DNA from: Candidatus Latescibacterota bacterium
GTDB taxonomy: Bacteria; Latescibacterota; UBA2968; UBA8231
DNA: 64,000 nucleotides
Assembly: GCA_965215195.1 (NCBI GenBank)
Contig: CBDCDC010000001.1
Coordinates: 160,001-224,000 of the forward strand
Direction: 5' to 3'
Below are positions 56,732 to 64,000 of the stretch, piece after piece (the stretch's first letter is position 1; each line of letters starts with the position of its first letter). Below the pieces are notes generated by a model, which worked only from the letters and a program-made list of their open reading frames with translations, was not told the origin of the DNA and made no database searches. The position numbers and the translations under genes are program-made.

Positions 56732-58702
56732 ATGACGCTTGTAAATGTAGTGCAGGCCGGGTGCCTGCTAGTGATCGTGGCCCTAGTGGGATGTGGGCGG
56801 GAAAGTCGAGCGGCCCAGCCAGCGGCCGAGGGCGACATCCCTCGCACAGCGTGGCCCGCAAGCTGGTTTCACCCGCCGCGCACGGCCTCAGAAGTCGGCT
56901 TGACAACCTTCCGCCAGTCGCCCATGCTCGACGAGCCCGTGGCGGCCGGCGAGTTGCCGCCGGTGGCGGCGCGGCTCCCCGACGACCCGATTGTCGTCGA
57001 GCCACTCAACGGGATCGGGACCTACGGGGGCACGGCTCGGCTCTTCCTCGCCGGCGAACAGCTTCTCAACGTGCCCGAAGGGACCCTGCGCCCGGGTCCG
57101 CAGCTCCAGCTAACCCTGCCCAACTTTGCCGCACGAGTCGAGTACCGCAACGACGCCCAGACCCTGACGGTCTTCCTGCGGCCCGGCCACAAGTGGTCCG
57201 ACGGGCACCCGGTGACGGCCGACGACTTTGTCTTTTGGTTCGACCGCGTCCACATGAACAAAAGCCTCACGCCCGTGGTGTCGCCGCGCTTTAAGGGGGC
57301 CCGCATCGAAAAGCACGGCCCCCACCTCTTTAGCTATCACTTTCCCCAGCCCATGCCGCTTTTCGTCAAGCACCTCGCCCACAACAGCTCGCACCTGTCG
57401 GCACCAGCGCACTTTATGCGCCGCTATCACCCCGACTTTACCGACGCGGATCAGCTAGCGCACCAAGCAGCCGAGCTCGGCCTGCAAGACTGGCGCACCT
57501 ACTTCCAAGCCGTTGCCAACACGCGCGACCTCATGGTCTTCCACAAGCCGGTGCAGACCGCCTATGTGGTGGTCAGCAAAACCTCGACGCGTGTCCGCTA
57601 CCGCCGCAACCCCTATTACCCCAAAGTAGATCCAGCCGGCAATCAACTGCCCTATATAGATTACCTCGAAGTCCAGCGGGTTGACAGCCCCGAGATCATG
57701 GCGGCCAAGGCCGCCACCGGGCAGGTCGATTTTGCCGGGCGGCAGTTTAAGACCGCCGACATCCCGCTGTTTAAGCGCTTTGAGCAGGACAATGGCTACG
57801 CCACGTACCTCTGGCCCCGTCCCTACGGCTCGGACGTGGCCCTGATGGTCAATATGACCCACCCCGACGAGCGGCTCCGACGAATTTTCCAAGACGTGCG
57901 CTTTCGCCGCGCCCTCTCGCTGGCCATCGATCGCGCAGAAATCAACGACATCGCTTACTACGGCCAAGGGATCCCGCGCCAGTTGACGGTCGTATCTTCG
58001 AGCCGCTACTTTGAGCCGGCCTTTGCTGCGGCGTGGGCCGAGCACGATCCGCAACGCGCCCGTGCCCTACTCGACGAGATGGGTCTGATAGACCGCAACG
58101 GCGACGGCCGGCGCGAGTATCCCGATGGCCGCTCGCTCGAAATTACGCTGGAGTACACGCTCGGGGAGACGCCCAAGCAAGTTACCGTTGACTTGGTGAC
58201 CGCCCACTGGCGCGAGGTGGGGCTGCACATCAACCGCAAGCAAATAAGCGGCGCACTGCAAGGCATCCGCACCCGAGGCGGGGTCATGGACATGAGCATC
58301 TGGCACGCCGATCGCAACGCCGACATCCTCTTTCCCATCGAGCCTTTTTGGTACGTGCCCATGCACGTGGGGCAGGAGGTGACCCAGTGGCCGGAGTGGT
58401 CGCGGTGGTATCAGTCGGACGGAGTGCGCGGCTGGATGCCGCCCGACAAGGTCCGGGATTTAATCGCCTATTGGGAGGTGCTGCGCCGCACATCAAACCT
58501 CCAAGAGCGCATCGCCATGGGCAAGAAAATTCTCCACAGCCAAGCCGAAAACCTGTGGGCACTCGGGGTCATCGGCCTAGGGCCACATCCCGTCATCGTT
58601 AGCAACCGGCTGCGCAATGTCCCGCGCCAAGGCTATTGGGGGTGGGACTCGCGCTGGTCTTGGCCCTACTATCCAGAGACTTGGTATCTCCAGCAAGACT
58701 GA
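56732..58702 (+). CDS. Family 5 ABC substrate-binding lipoprotein
   Basis: Lipobox LVGC; GELPPVAARLP, GTYGG, KWSDGHPVTADD, NPYYPKVD..GNQLPYID, FRRALSLAIDR. Confidence 0.9.
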   Translation: MTLVNVVQAGCLLVIVALVGCGRESRAAQPAAEGDIPRTAWPASWFHPPRTASEVGLTTFRQSPMLDEPVAAGELPPVAARLPDDPIVVEPLNGIGTYGGTARLFLAGEQLLNVPEGTLRPGPQLQLTLPNFAARVEYRNDAQTLTVFLRPGHKWSDGHPVTADDFVFWFDRVHMNKSLTPVVSPRFKGARIEKHGPHLFSYHFPQPMPLFVKHLAHNSSHLSAPAHFMRRYHPDFTDADQLAHQAAELGLQDWRTYFQAVANTRDLMVFHKPVQTAYVVVSKTSTRVRYRRNPYYPKVDPAGNQLPYIDYLEVQRVDSPEIMAAKAATGQVDFAGRQFKTADIPLFKRFEQDNGYATYLWPRPYGSDVALMVNMTHPDERLRRIFQDVRFRRALSLAIDRAEINDIAYYGQGIPRQLTVVSSSRYFEPAFAAAWAEHDPQRARALLDEMGLIDRNGDGRREYPDGRSLEITLEYTLGETPKQVTVDLVTAHWREVGLHINRKQISGALQGIRTRGGVMDMSIWHADRNADILFPIEPFWYVPMHVGQEVTQWPEWSRWYQSDGVRGWMPPDKVRDLIAYWEVLRRTSNLQERIAMGKKILHSQAENLWALGVIGLGPHPVIVSNRLRNVPRQGYWGWDSRWSWPYYPETWYLQQD

Positions 58703-58705
58703 GCC

Positions 58706-59689
58706 ATGATCAACTACATCATCCGCCGCGTCTTGATTATGATCCCCACGCTGCTGGCCGTCTCGGTGCTGGTCTTCGTGGTCATCCAGTTGCCGCCCGG
58801 GGACATCATCACGTCGCGCCTGCAAGAGCTACAGGCCGAGGGCCAAGACATATCCGAAGAACAGATCGCCGCCCTGCGCGCCCGCTACCACCTCGACGAC
58901 CCGATGTTCATCCAATACTGCAAGTGGATGGGCGGCTTCCTCCAAGGCGACATGGGCTATTCGGTGATGTACGGCCAGTCGGTCAACAACCTGATCTGGG
59001 AGCGGCTTGGCTACACCTTGCTGATTACCTCAACCGCAACCTTGTTGACTTGGCTGGTGGCCTTCCCGGTGGGCGTCTATTCGGCCCTGCGGCAGTACTC
59101 GGCGCTCGACTACGCAGCAACCCTCGCGGCCTTTGTCGGCCTAGCCACGCCCAACTTCCTGCTCGCGCTAGTTTTGATGTACTTGGGATACGAGTGGTTT
59201 GGGATCGCCGTGGGCGGGCTGTTTTCTCCCGAATACGCGAGTGCGCCGTGGAGCTTGGCCAAGTTCGCCGATTTGCTCGGGCATCTGTGGATCCCGGCCG
59301 TGGTCATTGGCACGGCCGGCATGGCCGGGCTGATGCGGATCATGCGGGCCAATCTCCTCGACGAGCTGGGCAAGCCCTACGTGACGACCGCGCTAGCCAA
59401 GGGGCTTGGCCCGGTCCGCTTGGTGATTAAGTACCCGTTGCGCATTGCCATCAATCCCTTTATCAGCACGGTCGGCTGGATGCTGCCGCACTTGATCTCC
59501 GGCTCGGCCATCACCAGCGTGGTGTTGAGCCTGCCCACGACCGGCCCCTTGCTGCTCGAATCCCTCCGCAACCAAGACATGTACTTGGCGGGCAGCTTCC
59601 TGCTCATGCTCAGCGTCCTGACGGTGATCGGCACCCTGCTGTCGGACATTCTCTTGGCCATTGCCGACCCGCGCATCCGCTATGAGTGA
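58706..59689 (+). CDS. Peptide/oligosaccharide ABC permease (OppB/DppB-like)
   Basis: YIIRR, PPGD, GDMGYS, EAA-like YVTTALAKGL, DPRIRY. Confidence 0.9.
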   Translation: MINYIIRRVLIMIPTLLAVSVLVFVVIQLPPGDIITSRLQELQAEGQDISEEQIAALRARYHLDDPMFIQYCKWMGGFLQGDMGYSVMYGQSVNNLIWERLGYTLLITSTATLLTWLVAFPVGVYSALRQYSALDYAATLAAFVGLATPNFLLALVLMYLGYEWFGIAVGGLFSPEYASAPWSLAKFADLLGHLWIPAVVIGTAGMAGLMRIMRANLLDELGKPYVTTALAKGLGPVRLVIKYPLRIAINPFISTVGWMLPHLISGSAITSVVLSLPTTGPLLLESLRNQDMYLAGSFLLMLSVLTVIGTLLSDILLAIADPRIRYE

Positions 59690-60788
59690 AGCTCGCCCCG
59701 CAACCCAACTAGCCGACGCCTCCCAATGGCGGCTGATGTGGATGCGCTTCCGCCGCCATCGGCTGGCCCTAGCCGGCAGCGCGGTCCTGATCGCGCTCTA
59801 CGGGCTCGCGGCCCTGTGCGAATTTGTCTCGCCGTACCGGCCCGACCAGCGCCACGCGCAATACGTCCTCTGCCCGCCGCAGTCGATCCGCTTTTTCGAC
59901 GGCGAGGGGCGCTTTCACTGGCGGCCCTTTGTCCACGGGGTGCGGCAAGACACGGCCGCCGGCCCGTGGCAGCGCGAATATGTCGTCGATACCGAGGCCG
60001 TGTATCCGATTCGCTTTTTCATGCGCGGCCCGTCCTACGAATTTTGGGGGCTTTTCAACGCGGACTGGCACTTGTTCAGCGCCGGCAGCGGGCCGCTGTT
60101 CCTCTTTGGCACCGACGACTTGGGCCGCGATCTGTTCAGCCGAATTATACACGGGGCGCGCATTTCGCTCACCATTGGGCTAATCGGCGTGGCCCTGACC
60201 TTCCTCATCGGCATCCTGCTGGGGGGATTGGCTGGTTATTACAGCGGCTGGGTCGATGTGGTGGTGCAGCGGCTGATCGAGGTCCTGATGGCCGTGCCCC
60301 AGCTACCCCTGTGGATGGCGTTGAGCGCGGCCCTGCCGGCGCACTGGGCACCGCTGCGGATTTACTTTGGCGTCACCATCATCCTCTCGCTGATGGGCTG
60401 GACCGGGTTGGCGCGGGTGGTGCGCGGCCGCTTCCTGTCGCTGCGCGAAGAGGATTTCGTGGTCGCCGCTCGCCTGTCGGGCACCAACGAGTTGAAAATC
60501 ATCTTCAAACACCTGCTGCCGTCGTTCCTCAGCCATGTGATCACGTCGGCTACCCTAGCCGTGCCGGGCATGATCCTCGGAGAGACCGCCCTGAGCTTTT
60601 TGGGGATTGGGCTGCGCGCACCCGTGGTTAGCTGGGGGGTACTGCTGCAAAAGGCGCAGAACTTTCAGGCCGTAGCCATGGCGCCGTGGCTGTTGCTGCC
60701 CGGGCTTTTCGTGGTCATCGCGGTCTTAGCTTTCAACGTGGTGGGCGATGGGATGCGCGATGCGGCCGATCCTTATGCTAGCCATTAG
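59682..60788 (+). CDS. Peptide/oligosaccharide ABC permease (OppC/DppC-like)
   Basis: GTDDLGRDLFSR, EDFVVAARLSG, ETALSFLGIG, GDGMRDAADP. Confidence 0.9.
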   Translation: MSEARPATQLADASQWRLMWMRFRRHRLALAGSAVLIALYGLAALCEFVSPYRPDQRHAQYVLCPPQSIRFFDGEGRFHWRPFVHGVRQDTAAGPWQREYVVDTEAVYPIRFFMRGPSYEFWGLFNADWHLFSAGSGPLFLFGTDDLGRDLFSRIIHGARISLTIGLIGVALTFLIGILLGGLAGYYSGWVDVVVQRLIEVLMAVPQLPLWMALSAALPAHWAPLRIYFGVTIILSLMGWTGLARVVRGRFLSLREEDFVVAARLSGTNELKIIFKHLLPSFLSHVITSATLAVPGMILGETALSFLGIGLRAPVVSWGVLLQKAQNFQAVAMAPWLLLPGLFVVIAVLAFNVVGDGMRDAADPYASH

Positions 60789-60862
60789 TTGTCAGCAAAA
60801 GGCGCAGAAAAGCCTATGCAAAATTGGGCGTTGTACCTCGGCGACTGGCACAGAACGAGTCC

Positions 60863-60891
60863 TTGTAACCACTTTTTTGGGGGTGTACATT
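60863..60891 (+). promoter_or_regulatory. sigma70-like promoter of vapBC, probably leaderless mRNA
   Basis: TTGTAA-17 nt-TACATT with the ATG 6 nt downstream and no SD. Confidence 0.5.
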
Positions 60892-60897
60892 AGGTAT

Positions 60898-61101
60898 ATG
60901 TCCCATATCAACGTAAACATTGACGATCAGGCATGTGCAGAAGTGATGCGCCGCTATCGGCTAACGACCAAGAGGGAGGCGATCAACTTCGCGCTGCGTT
61001 CGCTCGCGGCCAAGCCCCTGTCCATTGACGAGGCTCGTCAGCTTCGCGGGTCGGGTTGGGAGGGCGATCTAGACACGTTGCGTTCTAGTCGCACGACGTG
61101 A
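60898..61101 (+). CDS. vapB: VapB-family antitoxin
   Basis: NVNIDD...VMRRYRLTTKREAINFAL...LRGSGWEGDLDTLR; overlaps vapC by 4 bp. Confidence 0.85.
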   Translation: MSHINVNIDDQACAEVMRRYRLTTKREAINFALRSLAAKPLSIDEARQLRGSGWEGDLDTLRSSRTT

Positions 61102-61484
61102 TTCTGATCGACACTTCGGCGTGGGTCGAGTTTCTGCGGGACACCGGGTCTGCGGTCTGCATTCGCGTCGACGTCCTATTGGAGCACGAGATTGCCATCT
61201 GCGATGCCGTGCGGATGGAGGTCTGCGCGGGTGCGCGGGACGAGTCTCATCTGCAAAGTCTGCGCCGGATGCTCGCACGGGCGGCCATCATTCCGACGCT
61301 GCCGACGGACTACGACGATGCCGCGGCCCTCTACCGCCGTTGTCGGCGGGAAGGGGAAACCGTGCGCAAACTAATTGACTGTCTCATCGCCTCCATCGCC
61401 ATACGCGCCGGCGTTCCCATCCTTCACAACGACTCCGACTTCAACGCGATCGTGCGCCACACGGAGCTGCGGACCGACTTGTGA
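61098..61484 (+). CDS. vapC: VapC PIN-domain toxin
   Basis: MILIDTSAW, E..G, IDCLIA, LHNDSDF. Confidence 0.9.
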   Translation: MILIDTSAWVEFLRDTGSAVCIRVDVLLEHEIAICDAVRMEVCAGARDESHLQSLRRMLARAAIIPTLPTDYDDAAALYRRCRREGETVRKLIDCLIASIAIRAGVPILHNDSDFNAIVRHTELRTDL

Positions 61485-61586
61485 TGCAGGTTGCGGAGCA
61501 CTCGACGCTACCGACGCAAGCTGGACGAGCGCGAGACGCTCTCCACCTTGATAGTCGGCCGAAGCCGAATGCTGTACGCGATTACA

Positions 61587-64000
61587 ATGCCGCGGATTTT
61601 CGACAACATTGAACAATCGCTCCGTCCAGCTCTGGCGGAAACCATGGAAGTTTCCGACCGGGCGGACTTCTGCGTGGGCTACTTCAACCTGCGCGGCTGG
61701 CGAGCCATTGACGAATACGGCGAAAAATGGGATGGTGGCGACGGTCATTGCTGCCGTCTGTTGGTCGGCATGCAGCGGTTGCCCCATGAAGAGCTTCGCA
61801 TTGCGAGAAATATCAGTGAAGAACAGCTAGACAACCAGACAGCGTTGCGATTAAAGCGCAAGCTAGCGGAAGAGTTTCGAGAGCAATTGACTATCGGCGC
61901 ACCTACCAACGCGGACGAGGCGGGCCTTCGCAGACTAGCGCGACAGATCGAAGCAAAGAAGGTCGTGGTCAAGCTGTTTCTCAGGCACCCGCTTCACGCC
62001 AAGCTCTACCTGTTGTTCCGCCCCGATCCGATCAATCCGATCGTCGGATATTTGGGCAGTAGCAATCTCACCCAAGCAGGGCTATCTGGTCAGGGTGAAC
62101 TCAACGTCGATGTGCTGGAGCACGACGCCTGTCAGAAACTTGCTAAATGGTTTGAGGAACGATGGAATGACCGCTGGTGCATCGATATATCGCAAGAGCT
62201 TCGCGAAATTATCAACGAGAGTTGGGCGAGAGAGGAACCAATTCCGCCGTACCATATCTACGTTAAGATGGCCTATCACCTATCACAGGAAGCACGGGCC
62301 GGCCTGAACGAGTTTCGCATCCCCACAGACTTCGGCAACAAACTACTTGACTTCCAGACGGCTGCAGTAAAAATCGCGGCCCATCTCCTGAACAAACGTG
62401 GCGGCGTCATTATCGGCGATGTTGTCGGGCTGGGCAAGACGCTCATGGCAACCGCTCTGGCGCGCGTATTTGAAGACGATCACGGACTTGAAACCTTAAT
62501 CATTTGCCCGAAGAATCTCGTTCCGATGTGGGAAGACTATCGCGAGCAATACCGTATGCGGGCTCTCGTCCTGTCGATCAGCCGCGTGATTAGAGAATTG
62601 CCCAACATGCGCCGTTATCGGCTGGTACTTATCGACGAGAGCCACAATCTGAGAAACCGCGAAGGCAAGAGATACCGCGCTATCCAAGAATACATCGCGG
62701 AAAACGACAGCAAGTGCATCCTACTATCGGCGACCCCGTACAACAAGACCTACCTAGATTTATCTAGCCAGCTTCGCTTGTTTGTAGCCGATGATGCAGA
62801 CCTCGGCATTCGCCCGGAACGCTTGCTCCAGCAGATGGGTGAGACCGAATTCGTGCGCCAGCATCAAGCCCCGATTCGATCCCTAGCGGCATTTGAAAAA
62901 TCTGAATACGCCGACGACTGGCGAGAGCTGATGCGTCTGTATCTGGTGCGTCGGACTCGCAGCTTCATCCAAGACAACTATGCTGCTACCGACGAGACCA
63001 GTGGACGAAAATATCTGACCTTTGAAGACGGCACGCGTTCCTATTTCCCCGCACGAGTCCCAAAGACGCTTCGGTTTGATATAGATGAGCAATATGCCCG
63101 GCTGTTCGCGGACAACGTCGTTGAGGCCATAAACGGTTTGGAACTCCCGCGCTATGGCCTAGGCAACTACGTCGAGCCATCGCCGCCCACGCCACCTACC
63201 GAGACTGAGACAAAGGTCCTAGACGACTTATCGCGTGCTGGCAAGCGCCTCATGGGCTTTTGCCGAACCAATCTGTTCAAACGCCTAGAGAGCAGCGGCT
63301 ATTCATTTCTGCTGTCGGTCGAACGGCACGTTCTCAGGAACTTCATTTTTCTTTACGCCATTGAGAATGACCTGCCGCTCCCCATCGGAACGACCGATGC
63401 CGGACTTCTGGATACGCAATCCTTCGACAAAGATGTCGATGAGAGCGTCGGAGACTTCTTCGATGCGGGAGAGGAGGATGAGCCTGAAGAGTCCAACAGA
63501 GCAACCTCACTAAGGACTGAGGCCGATTTCCGCCAACGGGCCGCCGAGGTCTATGCGCTCTATGCTAACCGCTATAAGAGGCGATTTCGCTGGCTGTCGC
63601 CACGCCACTTCGCTGCGGATCTTGGCAGCGCCCTCAGGGCCGATGCCAAGGTGTTTCTCGACCTCCTAGCCCAATTCGGCGAGTGGCACGCGACCAAGGA
63701 TGCCAAGCTAGGTGCATTGGAAGAATTGCTGAGGGATGAACATGCGGACCGAAAAGTTCTGGTCTTTACTCAATTCGCCGACACTGTGCACTACCTAGAA
63801 AGCGAGTTGAAGGTACGCGGAGTGCCGGACATGGCCGCCGTTACAGGGGACATGCCGGACGCGACGAAACTCGCTTGGCGCTTTAGCCCGAGGAGCAACG
63901 AGAAAGATGACCTCGGCAAAGAGGAACTGCGCATACTGATTGCGACTGACGTGCTTAGCGAAGGGCAGAACCTGCAAGACTGCGCCATTGTCGTGAATTA
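61587..64000 (+). CDS. PLD-like nuclease fused to SNF2/SF2 helicase (restriction-associated), partial at window end
   Basis: MPRIFDN..., HAKLY and GSSNLT (PLD), [40 protein letters not shown]; open to 64000. Missing from the ORF track because it has no stop in the window. Confidence 0.88.
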   Translation, partial: MPRIFDNIEQSLRPALAETMEVSDRADFCVGYFNLRGWRAIDEYGEKWDGGDGHCCRLLVGMQRLPHEELRIARNISEEQLDNQTALRLKRKLAEEFREQLTIGAPTNADEAGLRRLARQIEAKKVVVKLFLRHPLHAKLYLLFRPDPINPIVGYLGSSNLTQAGLSGQGELNVDVLEHDACQKLAKWFEERWNDRWCIDISQELREIINESWAREEPIPPYHIYVKMAYHLSQEARAGLNEFRIPTDFGNKLLDFQTAAVKIAAHLLNKRGGVIIGDVVGLGKTLMATALARVFEDDHGLETLIICPKNLVPMWEDYREQYRMRALVLSISRVIRELPNMRRYRLVLIDESHNLRNREGKRYRAIQEYIAENDSKCILLSATPYNKTYLDLSSQLRLFVADDADLGIRPERLLQQMGETEFVRQHQAPIRSLAAFEKSEYADDWRELMRLYLVRRTRSFIQDNYAATDETSGRKYLTFEDGTRSYFPARVPKTLRFDIDEQYARLFADNVVEAINGLELPRYGLGNYVEPSPPTPPTETETKVLDDLSRAGKRLMGFCRTNLFKRLESSGYSFLLSVERHVLRNFIFLYAIENDLPLPIGTTDAGLLDTQSFDKDVDESVGDFFDAGEEDEPEESNRATSLRTEADFRQRAAEVYALYANRYKRRFRWLSPRHFAADLGSALRADAKVFLDLLAQFGEWHATKDAKLGALEELLRDEHADRKVLVFTQFADTVHYLESELKVRGVPDMAAVTGDMPDATKLAWRFSPRSNEKDDLGKEELRILIATDVLSEGQNLQDCAIVVN

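Noticed and set aside
61371-63988. Small minus-strand ORFs listed at the window end
   Set aside because: They are antisense shadows of vapC and the plus-strand PLD-helicase starting at 61587.

Overview
GC-rich diderm bacterial DNA. The gene content (FlgD/T9SS-like C-terminal domains, ASPIC/UnbV, DUF6785, DUF4159, DUF1080) suggests an FCB-group lineage such as Ca. Latescibacterota or a relative; this is inference. The main feature is a ~21.7 kb, 14-gene minus-strand operon (4604-26291). It encodes an ExbB plus 2xExbD proton-motor set, a membrane-anchored DUF4159 protein in place of a recognisable TonB, a CsgG/FlgT-like protein, two lipoproteins, a small membrane protein, a 1080-aa TPR protein, three ~900-1040-aa paralogous putative outer-membrane proteins with Ca-binding-like acidic loops, and two exported proteins with FlgD/CTD tails. 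I read it as a candidate undescribed PMF-driven, envelope-spanning secretion or surface-assembly machine. Two more proteins with the same tail lie at 31575-35920. The rest holds catabolic and transport genes and an IS-damaged zone (39.9-45.4 kb: IS4 nested in IS5, IS630 in a DUF5615 pseudogene, truncated Ldh-2 gene). Further on are a purF-like gene, an aminotransferase, an AbiE remnant, a YtrA-type GntR/ABC operon with permease-LVIVD fusions, tandem P-II genes, a peptide ABC importer, vapBC and the start of a PLD-SNF2 helicase. CCWGG looks depleted and CTAG/CCAAG/CTTGG abundant. No rRNA, tRNA or CRISPR array was seen. Family names come from motifs read by eye, not database searches; several starts were moved from the ORF track to better RBS-supported codons.
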